Shown piece by piece: positions 20,086 through 29,028 of a stretch of 64,000 bases of DNA. A program made the translations under genes and the position numbers. The notes under the pieces were generated by a model. It had not been told where the DNA came from. It did not search any database and saw only the letters and a program-made list of their open reading frames with translations. Location of the stretch: the NCBI GenBank assembly GCA_045124075.1, contig JBGVLD010000018.1, positions 6,807-70,806 on the forward strand. Reading direction: 5' to 3'. The DNA is from Agathobacter sp. Lineage in GTDB: Bacteria; Bacillota; Clostridia; Lachnospirales; Lachnospiraceae. How positions within the stretch are numbered: position 1 is the stretch's first letter; each line of letters opens with the position of its first letter.

Positions 20086-20443
20086 ATTCTGTTACTTTCT
20101 TTAAGGTGGCTAATACTTCTACCTCATCAAAAGGTTTGGTAATAAATTCTTCTGCACCACGTTTTAAAGCTTCAATCATTTTCTCTTTCTGTCCAGCAGC
20201 AGTAATCATAACAACTTTAGCATCTGCATTTTCATGTTTGATTAGGCTGAGACATTCAATTCCGTCCATGGAAGGCATAGTAATATCCATGGTTACCAGA
20301 TCTGGTTTTAATTCTTTATATTTTAAATATCCTTCTTCTCCATTAGAAGCTTCCCCAATGACTTCAAATTCGCCCTTTTCTAAAACTTCTTTTAAGATCT
20401 TTCTGGATGTTCTTGAGTCATCTACGATTAATACGGTCGCCAT
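20084..20443 (-). CDS. Single-domain response regulator (CheY-like)
   Basis: LIVDDS, DLVTMDITMPSMDG (phospho-Asp), VMITA and FITKPF motifs; 119 aa. Confidence 0.9.
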   Translation of the reverse strand: MATVLIVDDSRTSRKILKEVLEKGEFEVIGEASNGEEGYLKYKELKPDLVTMDITMPSMDGIECLSLIKHENADAKVVMITAAGQKEKMIEALKRGAEEFITKPFDEVEVLATLKKVTE

Positions 20444-20457
20444 TTTTTAAATTCCTC

Positions 20458-21327
20458 CTAAATATGTTCTGCAACTGTAAAATATAAAACTTTATTTCCT
20501 ATGTAAATTGGAATACTGCAAATAGTGGATTTTGCCTGAGCATTTACGTCTTCATAACATGGTGGCATTAATTCTAAGAACTTGCCCTGACTGCTTAAGG
20601 AAGATGCATATAAACCATTGATGCAATTTAAAAATTCGCCAGCAGCGTCTAAGGAATCCAGATCCAGCTGTGGAAATTCTTCTCTTCCAAATACGGAGCA
20701 GACGCGAAGCAGAGCACCATCTCCTTCTGAGAAGCAAACAATTAAGCCGTTCTCACCGCTTAATGCCTGACTTACCTGATTGGAGACAGGAATTGCATCA
20801 ACCATTTCTGCTTTTCCAATGGATACATGTCGGTCAATTAATCGAATCAGTGTACGAACAGCAGTAGAAATAATATCTGTAAATGGTTTGCCATCTTCTG
20901 GTATGAATAAAGGAATAATTCGATCTACTTCATCGCTCTTTAAATCTTCTAATTCAGAGTTGCTGTATCCATTAGCCTGACGGAATTCATTCACCAGAGC
21001 GTCAACGTCCTCCATGGCAACATATCCGTTATCTACCAGTGTCTGAATGAACATTAAGTAGCTATTTCCCTGTTTCTTTAAAAGTTTGCCGATTTGTTCA
21101 TCGGTCAGATATCCTTTGGATACGGCAATATCACCAAAACGCTGATCCATAACAGCCTGAAGTCTATTTACTTCATCGGTCTGTTCTAAGCTCATCATAC
21201 CTTCTGCAACTGCGATCAGACCAAGTTTTACCCGGACAGAATCCTGTTTGGTCAGGGTATCGTTTAACTGTTCTGCGGTAATTTTTCCATTGTTTACCAA
21301 GTAATTTCCAAGTATGTACTCTACCAT
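20458..21327 (-). CDS. CheX-like phosphatase with N-terminal MshEN-type repeats
   Basis: C-terminal DAAGEFLNCING (CheC/CheX ExxN motif); three 24-aa xLGxxxVxxG...Q motifs at the N-terminus. Confidence 0.7.
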   Translation of the reverse strand: MVEYILGNYLVNNGKITAEQLNDTLTKQDSVRVKLGLIAVAEGMMSLEQTDEVNRLQAVMDQRFGDIAVSKGYLTDEQIGKLLKKQGNSYLMFIQTLVDNGYVAMEDVDALVNEFRQANGYSNSELEDLKSDEVDRIIPLFIPEDGKPFTDIISTAVRTLIRLIDRHVSIGKAEMVDAIPVSNQVSQALSGENGLIVCFSEGDGALLRVCSVFGREEFPQLDLDSLDAAGEFLNCINGLYASSLSSQGKFLELMPPCYEDVNAQAKSTICSIPIYIGNKVLYFTVAEHI

Positions 21328-21454
21328 ATTTACCCCTCACATAATTAAATTTGTAATTTTTAACAAAAAAACATGATAAAAAATATTTTTTTTGTGCTAA
21401 TTTTCAGTATATACGAAAGATTTAACTGTGTCAAGAAATAAAAGCCAATGATCA

Positions 21455-21483
21455 GAATATTTCTTTAAAAATTTCTCATACTA
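21455..21483 (+). promoter_or_regulatory. Candidate forespore (SigG-type) promoter
   Basis: GAATA-17 bp-CATACTA resembles the Bacillus SigG consensus GHATR-N17/18-CATWHTA, upstream of coat-type genes. Confidence 0.45.
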
Positions 21484-21530
21484 TATTTACCTGCGATTTG
21501 TGGGAAAAATTTTATTTGGAGGTGGTTATC

Positions 21531-21716
21531 ATGACACAGTTGTCAGAAAAAGAATTGGCTTCAATTAAGGATCTTTTATCCGAAGAAGAACTTTTAGTGA
21601 AAAAATTCCAGATGCTTGCAGAGCATGCAGAAACTCCGGAACTGAAAAACAAAATGATGGATATTTCTGAGAAACATCAGGGACATTTTAACGAACTTTA
21701 TTCAAAATTATCATAG
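21531..21716 (+). CDS. Small spore-coat-associated protein (61 aa)
   Basis: MTQLSEKELASIKDLLSEEELLVKKFQ...HQGHFNELYSKL; RBS GGAGGT; in an operon with the Coat F-like gene. Confidence 0.65.
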   Translation: MTQLSEKELASIKDLLSEEELLVKKFQMLAEHAETPELKNKMMDISEKHQGHFNELYSKLS

Positions 21717-21727
21717 GAGGAAAAGTC

Positions 21728-21991
21728 ATGGGCATTTATACAGAAAAAGAAATTTTAGGCGACGCACTTACTACTCAGAAGACTACTACAAACAATTTCA
21801 ATACTTATGCCAATGAATGTGTGCATGAGGATGTGAGACAGACAATGCTTCATATTTTAAGCCAGGAGCACGATATTCAGCAGGATGTGTTCAACATGAT
21901 GCATGAAAAAGGTTATTATCCAACTCCAGCAGCAGAGCAGAAGAAAGTAGACCAGTTAAAACAGCAGTATTGTCAGAGTGCAAAATGCTAA
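21728..21991 (+). CDS. Spore coat protein (Coat F family)
   Basis: EKEILGDALTTQK...YANECVHEDVR...VFNMMHEKGYYP pattern. Confidence 0.8.
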   Translation: MGIYTEKEILGDALTTQKTTTNNFNTYANECVHEDVRQTMLHILSQEHDIQQDVFNMMHEKGYYPTPAAEQKKVDQLKQQYCQSAKC

Positions 21992-22175
21992 AAAACCATA
22001 GCGGACTGAAAATGAGATGACGTAACAAAAATGCAGTAGCCGAATTGGGTTACTGCATTTTTTTGAAAACAAGATAGGATTTTTCTCATTTTTCATAGTA
22101 AACATGATATGATTAAAAGTAGTAAATAGCAGAAATGAATATCTTTCAATAAATGATGTAGAAGGAGGGAATTTT

Positions 22176-23465
22176 ATGGCAATTCAGACAAAAACAGATT
22201 TACGCAATCAGGTCATGTATTCCGTATATGTAAGGAATTACAGTGAAGAAGGCACATTCCAGGCGGTGGAAAAAGACTTAGAACGCATTAAACAACTGGG
22301 AGTAGATATCATCTGGCTTTTGCCGATCCATCCAGTAGGAGAGAAGGCGAGAAAAGGTACTTTGGGAAGTCCGTATGCTATTCGTGATTACAGAAAAGTG
22401 AATCCTGAGTTCGGCACTTTAGAGGATCTGAAATCTCTGGTAAATGCAATTCATGAAAAAGGCATGAAGTGTATTATTGATGTGGTCTATAATCATACTT
22501 CTCCAGATTCATGGTTGGTAGAGAATCATCCAGAATTCTTTTATAAAAAGCCGGATGGATCTATGGGAAATCATGTAGGGGACTGGACCGACATTGTAGA
22601 TTTAGATTATAACAATAAGGCGCTTTGGGATTACCAGATTGAGACCTTAAAAATGTGGGCAGAAATCGTAGATGGATTTCGGTGTGATGTAGCACCGCTA
22701 ATTCCAATTGAGTTCTGGTTAAAGGCGAGGGAAGAAGTAGCAAAAATAAATCCAGATTGTTTCTGGCTTAGTGAATCAGTAGAACCGTCCTTTATTGTGG
22801 AACTGCGTTCCATGGGACTTGTGTGCCATTCAGATTCTGAAATTTTTCAGGCTTTTGATGTATGTTATGATTATGATATCCACAAGATTTTCAGGGATTA
22901 TCTGGAGGCAAAATGTTCCTTAAGTACATATGTGGATCGGATTAATTTACAGGAAGCAATTTATCCGGCTAACTATGTGAAATTAAGATATCTGGAGAAT
23001 CATGATCAGGATCGTGCAAAAGCAATTATTCCAGATCAGGAAGCACTGCTTAACTGGACTGCCTTTATTTATTTCCAGAAAGGACTGACTCTGCTTTACA
23101 ATGGACAGGAAACAGAAAATGACAAGGTCCCAAGTCTTTTCGACAAGGATACGGTTTGCTGGGATACGGGCTATGACCTTTCTGATTATATTAGCAAACT
23201 GTATCAGTTTAAAAAGAATCCAATCCTCACCAACAGTACTTACAAGGTAAAAGCATATGATGAAGAAGACATGATAGTAGGTATACATTTGGCAGGAGAG
23301 AAGAAACTGGTGGGAATTTTCAGTCTGAAAAATAAGAAGGCGGAAGTGCCGGTGGAACTGGCCGATGGAACTTATCAGAATCTGTTGACAGAGGAAGTTG
23401 TGACAGTAGCCGATGGAAAATTATATTGTGATGGAAAACCAATCATTATTGACGTGAACAAATGA
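22176..23465 (+). CDS. GH13 alpha-amylase / cyclomaltodextrinase family glycoside hydrolase
   Basis: IWLLPIHP, GSPYAIRDY, DVVYNH, GFRCDVA and ENHD conserved regions. Confidence 0.9.
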   Translation: MAIQTKTDLRNQVMYSVYVRNYSEEGTFQAVEKDLERIKQLGVDIIWLLPIHPVGEKARKGTLGSPYAIRDYRKVNPEFGTLEDLKSLVNAIHEKGMKCIIDVVYNHTSPDSWLVENHPEFFYKKPDGSMGNHVGDWTDIVDLDYNNKALWDYQIETLKMWAEIVDGFRCDVAPLIPIEFWLKAREEVAKINPDCFWLSESVEPSFIVELRSMGLVCHSDSEIFQAFDVCYDYDIHKIFRDYLEAKCSLSTYVDRINLQEAIYPANYVKLRYLENHDQDRAKAIIPDQEALLNWTAFIYFQKGLTLLYNGQETENDKVPSLFDKDTVCWDTGYDLSDYISKLYQFKKNPILTNSTYKVKAYDEEDMIVGIHLAGEKKLVGIFSLKNKKAEVPVELADGTYQNLLTEEVVTVADGKLYCDGKPIIIDVNK

Positions 23466-23505
23466 TGCTTTAGGCAGATGTTGAAAAATCAGCACCTGCC
23501 TTTTT

Positions 23506-23550
23506 TATATATCAGGAAAGACCTTGTCACGCTAATGCGTGAAAGTCTTT
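23506..23550. repeat. Dispersed hairpin element, copy 1 (copy 2 at 54696)
   Basis: TATATATCAGGAAAGACCTTGTCACGCTAATGCGTGAAAGTCTTT; 41/45 identical to 54696-54740; directly follows the amylase terminator. Confidence 0.75.
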
Positions 23551-23586
23551 TTTAAATAAAACATAATTAGGAAATGACATCACAAA

Positions 23587-24480
23587 TTAGTATTGCAGCA
23601 AACGGATATAATGATTCGCTTCCCGAAGTACGTGATCTGCAAGAAGAGGAAGAATTACGGAGCGAATCTTACATTGGGTAATCCCTTGAGTACCTGCGGT
23701 TTTGAAATCACGGAATCGCAGGGTTTCGTCCAAAGAGGCATTGGTCATGGTCTGCTGATGGGCAAGGTTACAGTTTTCCAGTAAGGCGGAATATTCCTTG
23801 GAAAATTCATCTGCAGTGTCAAAGAGTTCTGTTTCTGCAGGATCTAACAGCCCACGGATGAACATGGCATGTTCCATCATGATCTGATTCCAGAAACACT
23901 CGGTATCTTTCATAGTCCAGTCGGACAAAAATCCCTGATTTTCAAGAGTTTCAATATAGTCTCTGTATAATTTTGCTTCTCGAATAATATGCTCAATGAG
24001 CAGAGGATAATTCATTGTAAACATATCACAGTGCAGCACATTTTCAAGGATGCGTTCTTTAAATGAAATCAGCCCATCAAGAAGTCGGAGAGCTCTTTGA
24101 TTTAATTGTTTTACATGAAGGTGAATTCGTGAATGAACCTCCCATGGCCGGAGCCCACTCTCTAGTCCTCGTTCTCTGGCGGTAATGTCTTTATTGATTC
24201 GGATACCAGTAAATTTTTCTGTTTGCTGTTCTGCCAGAGGAGTAAATTCTGTAATCAGTTCTCCAGAATCTAGCACCGTCTGACTGACAATTCCATTTCC
24301 GAGGATCACAGCCTGAGAAAGGACTCTTTCAAATTCTCGTTTGTACATTTCTGCCTGACTGGAAAATGCCATATTGGCAGGAGTAAATCCCGCTCGTAAA
24401 AAGAGTGCATGTTCTTTCATGATTCGTCCAAAAAAGAGATGCAGCTCTAAGGATTTTTGAATATAGTCTTCGGTCTGCAT
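23587..24480 (-). CDS. DUF2935-domain protein
   Basis: LELHLFFGRIMKEHALFL, FWNQIMMEHAMFIRGLLDP and LLADHVLREANHY tandem His/Glu helical repeats; ATG at 24480. Confidence 0.8.
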   Translation of the reverse strand: MQTEDYIQKSLELHLFFGRIMKEHALFLRAGFTPANMAFSSQAEMYKREFERVLSQAVILGNGIVSQTVLDSGELITEFTPLAEQQTEKFTGIRINKDITARERGLESGLRPWEVHSRIHLHVKQLNQRALRLLDGLISFKERILENVLHCDMFTMNYPLLIEHIIREAKLYRDYIETLENQGFLSDWTMKDTECFWNQIMMEHAMFIRGLLDPAETELFDTADEFSKEYSALLENCNLAHQQTMTNASLDETLRFRDFKTAGTQGITQCKIRSVILPLLADHVLREANHYIRLLQY

Positions 24481-24587
24481 TTTTGCCTCCAAAATAAATA
24501 AAACACATACAATACAGTGTATTTCACAGGGATTGTCTGTGTTCCATTTATTATGTGGGCGATTCTGATGGAAAGCTTTTAACAAAT

Positions 24588-24842
24588 TTATCTTAAGTTC
24601 TTCATGGCATCTGTAAGAATTTTAGGAGTTTCGCTGGATGGATGTAAATTGTTAGATACAGAAGGAGGTGGAACAGGGGGAAGATAAGGGTAAAGTTCTT
24701 CGTAGTTTTCCAGTTCCTCTTTGTCATCTGTAACGGAAGGAATCAGTCCGGTGCAGTCTGTGCAGGATGCTGAAAAAAGATAATCCTCGCCCATGGTTGG
24801 ACTAGTCTTTTTAGAACTGTTTTTTTCGTTTTTATCATTCAT
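24588..24842 (-). CDS. Small hypothetical protein (SCTDCTGLIP motif)
   Basis: 84-aa ORF with RBS AAGGAG; a near-SigG-type motif (GTATT-N18-CATACTA) lies upstream on the minus strand. Confidence 0.6.
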   Translation of the reverse strand: MNDKNEKNSSKKTSPTMGEDYLFSASCTDCTGLIPSVTDDKEELENYEELYPYLPPVPPPSVSNNLHPSSETPKILTDAMKNLR

Positions 24843-24967
24843 TTCTTTGATCTCCTTTAAAAATTTGTATATAGTATGTGCATACCGACTTCAAGGAATA
24901 CTCTTTACACCGAATTTATTTTTTAATATATTAAATATTAGAAAATAATATGGAAAGAAGGGGAAAA

Positions 24968-26571
24968 ATGAAAAGCAAAGGATTAGCATTTTTTTCTGGT
25001 TTTTAATCATAGCAAGTATCCTGCTCCCTTGTCTGAGTGAATTCTCATATGTATTTGAAGATGTAAATCTAAATCCAAATGACTATGCGAGAATAACAGA
25101 TGTGGATTATAAGGCAGTAGTTGTAGATGAACCATTTTCCGAAGGGAAAGTTGTGATAACTGAAAGACTGACTTTCGACGTTCATGCGGCATCAGAGAAT
25201 AATCTGTTCTGGGAATTGTGGAGAGACCTTCCGGAAGACTATGTAGATGGGGTGAAAGTTCACTATAAGGTAAATTCCGTAAAACAGATATTTGACGATG
25301 GAACCGAATTTGTTTATGAGGAAAGTCCAAAGTTATACTGGGATGATGAGGACTATGTGAGTACCAACCCGTTTTATGGACCGGGGAAATGGTATCACAG
25401 TGAGGGACCATACGACGAATCAGATGCCCAATATGAATGCGTCTTTTTCTATGTGGATGGTTTGTATCGTGAAGAAGTTGTTTTTGAAATTGAATACGAA
25501 ATGTACAATGCTGCTTTACGATATAATGATTGTTCAGATCTGTATCTGTCCCTTTATTCCGGGGATACCATCAAGCATTTAGAATCTTTCAAAGCACAGA
25601 TTCTATTTCCCAATGCAGATATGCCGGATGAGGGAAATTATAATGTGTATACATATGGCACCAACGCCAATGAATTTCCTGTTACGGAATCGGCTACCGT
25701 AAATCCGGGATACTATACGTTTTCTTTTGAACTGGATGAAGAACAGCTGCAATTTAAGCCATATAATGAGTATATTGAATTCGATTTAGTATCTTACAAC
25801 GAAGACAAACATATATTTACCGAATATACATTTTACAACGATTATTCCGGTGATAATGTATTAGAGGAAATCTATGAGGAACAGGAAGCATATGCAACGG
25901 CTCCGGAACGCTTTGAGAAAATAAAATGGGTCGTTCTGATTTTAGCTGTTGTGATATCCATTTTCATTATAATCTATGCAGTTAGAAAAGTTTTTGCAAT
26001 CAAAGCAAAGTATACCTTCTATGAACCGGCAATGGAAACGGATTATTATAGAGAGATTGCAGGTGATTTAGATCCGAATTTTGCGGCGGCTTTGGCATTT
26101 TGCAAGCATAAGCCCTTAAAGGATGATTCGGGAGTTTATTCCGCTCTTTTGCTTAGTCTGGCAAGGAAAAATTATATTGAGCTTATGGAAACGGTAAATA
26201 ATGATGTGGTCATTGTTATAAATCAGCGTACCTGGCGAATGCCTCAGCAGGATCCTCTTTCCGGTATAGGAACGCAGGAAAGTATGGAAATTAATGAGAC
26301 GCTGACTCCTAGTGAAGAATATTACTATAATCTGTTGCTTCGTCATGAACAGGGAGGACAGATTTCTATGAGTACTTTACAGAAAAGAGTTTCTTCGGAT
26401 TATGAGTACACAGAATCCTTTGCAAGGAACATTCAAAATGCCATTGTAAATATAGGGGTAAATGGCGGATTTTTCCAGAAAGCCGATTACAGCCAGCCGA
26501 AAAAACAGATAAGTTCCGTGGGAGGCTTCCTTCGTGTTGTAGGAATTATCATTCTAATTCCCAGAGCTTGA
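24968..26571 (+). pseudogene. DUF2207-like membrane protein, frameshifted near the start and 3'-truncated
   Basis: ATG 24968 with RBS goes out of frame in the T7 run at 24989-24995 (T8 restores MKSKGLAFFFWFLIIAS). The body has ELWRDLP, YYREI and ALLLSLARK motifs and ends abruptly at GIIILIP. Confidence 0.65.
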
Positions 26572-26995
26572 GCAGCTTCATTAAATTTTCCTGTTTTCAA
26601 TAAGGAATTCAGATGTTTGTCTTTTTTGAATTGCGTATGCACAAGGTACTCAATTGCGGCCTTTACAAAATGGGAGACCAGTCCGGGGTTATTGCCGTGC
26701 TGTAAAACGATAGGATGTATGTTTACAGATTCGCTATTCTTATATCAATGAGCAGATCACCACTCTTTAAATAGGGTTCGAACACTTCTCTAAAATTCTC
26801 TTTGGTTACTTCATGAACAATAAAATTTGACACCATGCCTCCCAAATTGACATATGCCTCGAATTCAAAACAATCTCTGGTTATGACAAAATATTTATTT
26901 TCATTAAATCGAATTTCTTTGGATATTTTTTCATAAAAACTTTTTCCAACAGCACCAAATCCAAATTGCACAATTTGGCCCTCATACTTTATCAA
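26545..26995 (-). pseudogene. Homospermidine-synthase-like (saccharopine dehydrogenase fold) gene, two remaining fragments
   Basis: N-terminal Rossmann motif VQFGFGAVGKS (ORF 26723-26995). A second frame reads HPIVLQHGNNPGLVSHFVKAAIEYL...EAAQALGIRMI and ends inside the DUF2207 gene near 26545. Confidence 0.7.
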
Positions 26996-27016
26996 ATCTA
27001 TGTACCTCTTTCTCTT

Positions 27017-27655
27017 TCAAAAATGTTTGAAAACAGTAACCTTTTTCGGTGGTTCATATCCTTTCGTCCAAAGAATTTCAAGCTTCTTTTTTTGAAATTC
27101 ATATAGAATCTTCTTTAGATCTTTTGAAAGAGACTCACCTATAATAATGATTTTATGGATTCCATTATCAATAAAATATTCTGCAGATGGCAGATCCTGT
27201 GGATATACGTCCCAGCTATTATCAAAGAGAGAATATTCCATTTTGAATCGGTGCATACGGTTGCTGTCCGTTAGAAATGCAGGTAGTGCCTGATCGCTTA
27301 TTTCCATGTTTTGAAGCTCTGATGCCCCCCATGTTAAAGCAATTCCAACAGATTGATTGTCTACTGTCGCTCTTGCATCCTGCTGTGGAATTGTCCCATT
27401 AAAAATTGGGACAGGCCGATATCCGAATTTTGCCAGAGCAATGCCTTCCTGAACGCTTTGGAACCCGGGCAAATCAACAATAATGGCCGCATCTTCACAA
27501 GTTTCATTCCAAAAATGGATGGTTGGTATTGTAAAATTTGAAACCCGGTGCATTTCTGAATATTCATTAATTGCAACAAAGGGAACAGGGCGAACCCAAT
27601 CCACCCATTTTTTTCCTGCAGGGCTCCATATTTGAAATATTTCTTTACTTGTCAT
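27017..27655 (-). CDS. Uncharacterised protein of the Gsp/HSS cassette
   Basis: 212-aa ORF (IWSP...WVRPVPF, VDLPG, GYRPVPIFNG, FDNSWDVYPQDLPSA); ATG overlaps the end of the Gsp gene. Confidence 0.7.
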   Translation of the reverse strand: MTSKEIFQIWSPAGKKWVDWVRPVPFVAINEYSEMHRVSNFTIPTIHFWNETCEDAAIIVDLPGFQSVQEGIALAKFGYRPVPIFNGTIPQQDARATVDNQSVGIALTWGASELQNMEISDQALPAFLTDSNRMHRFKMEYSLFDNSWDVYPQDLPSAEYFIDNGIHKIIIIGESLSKDLKKILYEFQKKKLEILWTKGYEPPKKVTVFKHF

Positions 27656-28865
27656 TTGGTTCACCTTCAATCAAAACAGGGATATCTGCGGCATTCGAAT
27701 CAATACGGGGAGCATCACTGATTCGGGCATAATAGCCCGCATGTCTTCCATCCACCGTATAAGAGCCTAAGCACACATGGAATTGCTTGCCGTTTTCCCC
27801 TGTTAATGGCTGACTGATAAATTTTTTTTGCGCCAGATATTTTTTCGGATGCCTTTTTACATCGGCAATTATTTTTTTATATTCATCCTGGGAACAGGCT
27901 TCCTTTATAGATATTTTTTCACCCACTCTGCCATATGCCGGTTTATAGATATATCCTTCTTTTCCTTTCGAATCCTTTACTTCAAGAGTTGTGGGAAGTA
28001 ATTCTCGCCAGGTGGACATAAGGATTCCTTTTTCTTCCAGTACATCCCATACAAAAGGAAAACGCTTTGTCTGTGCAAATATGGCAATTGGATGATTGCA
28101 GGACACCGTTGTGGTATCAAAGTAGCCCTGCCATCTTTTGGGTTTTATTTCAGTTAACCATTCTAATGGGGTAAAACGAAAAATGGCATCAATTTTCCCT
28201 TCGTTTCCGTCCAGAATACTGATTGCATGATGGCCCTGAAATCTTAAATGATCAGCCGCAGCATAAATGATCTGAAAGCCTTTTTCTTTTAAGCGGTAAC
28301 CTAGAAACTGCATGACCTGTCGGTCATCACTATAGGAAGTGCAGTGCACCAGCATAATTCGTCCCTGGCTTACGACTTTTTTGGAAACGGCATTCACTAA
28401 TATTTCACCAAAATTTTTATACCAATAATTTGTTCCCTTTAATAATTCCAGTGCGGCCCTTGGCATAAAAGAGGCCTCAGCAAATCCCCCAGGCACATCG
28501 CTGTTTACTTCACTTACCGCCCATTTTCCCTTCACGGTTGGGTGAAAATCATATCTCATAAGCCGAATATGTTTGCTCGGTTCATAATTTTTCATATTCT
28601 TTATCTCATGACGGAGGTTTCGGGGTAAAGCCAGTGGTTTGGCAAGTTCAAGATGACTATTTAAAAATTCTTCTGCAGCTCTTGTTTCTTTATCCAGTTT
28701 TTCTGTTAGTCTTTCTAACTCCTCATGTTCTTTGCGGGTAATGACCAGTGCATATGGTGCGATGGTATTATGATCCAAAAACTGTGGATCCCATTTATAA
28801 CAATCAAACATAAGAGTAAGACGGTATGTTTCATATTGATCTTGGGGGATGGGAATTAGTTTCAT
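27645..28865 (-). CDS. Glutathionylspermidine synthase-family ATP-grasp ligase
   Basis: MRYDF, SEVNSDVPGGFAE, IFRFTPLEWL, YIYKPAYGRVGE, YLAQ and CLGSY ATP-grasp motifs. Confidence 0.8.
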   Translation of the reverse strand: MKLIPIPQDQYETYRLTLMFDCYKWDPQFLDHNTIAPYALVITRKEHEELERLTEKLDKETRAAEEFLNSHLELAKPLALPRNLRHEIKNMKNYEPSKHIRLMRYDFHPTVKGKWAVSEVNSDVPGGFAEASFMPRAALELLKGTNYWYKNFGEILVNAVSKKVVSQGRIMLVHCTSYSDDRQVMQFLGYRLKEKGFQIIYAAADHLRFQGHHAISILDGNEGKIDAIFRFTPLEWLTEIKPKRWQGYFDTTTVSCNHPIAIFAQTKRFPFVWDVLEEKGILMSTWRELLPTTLEVKDSKGKEGYIYKPAYGRVGEKISIKEACSQDEYKKIIADVKRHPKKYLAQKKFISQPLTGENGKQFHVCLGSYTVDGRHAGYYARISDAPRIDSNAADIPVLIEGEPNDK

Positions 28866-28882
28866 GGGTTAACACCTTCTTT

Positions 28883-29028
28883 CTCACAAGCAAAGCCACT
28901 GTCTCAGTGGTTCGCTGTTTCCAATCGCACATCGCCAGAAGCTCGTGCTCTTGGACAGCTATCGCATGGACAGTGCTAATTGCTTCTTCAGTCGCTAACG
29001 CTCCCTCACAAGCAAAGCCACTGTCTCA
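28883..29028. mobile_element. att-like scar: 24-bp direct repeat of the rlmD 3' end enclosing 98 bp
   Basis: CTCACAAGCAAAGCCACTGTCTCA at 28883-28906 and 29005-29028; on the minus strand it encodes ETVALLV of RlmD. Confidence 0.7.

Noticed and set aside
1044-24995. Phase variation at the homopolymers of XRE, CPBP and DUF2207
   Set aside because: The runs are only 5-7 nt, short for contingency loci; sequencing error or ordinary decay is simpler. Read-level length mixtures would be needed.
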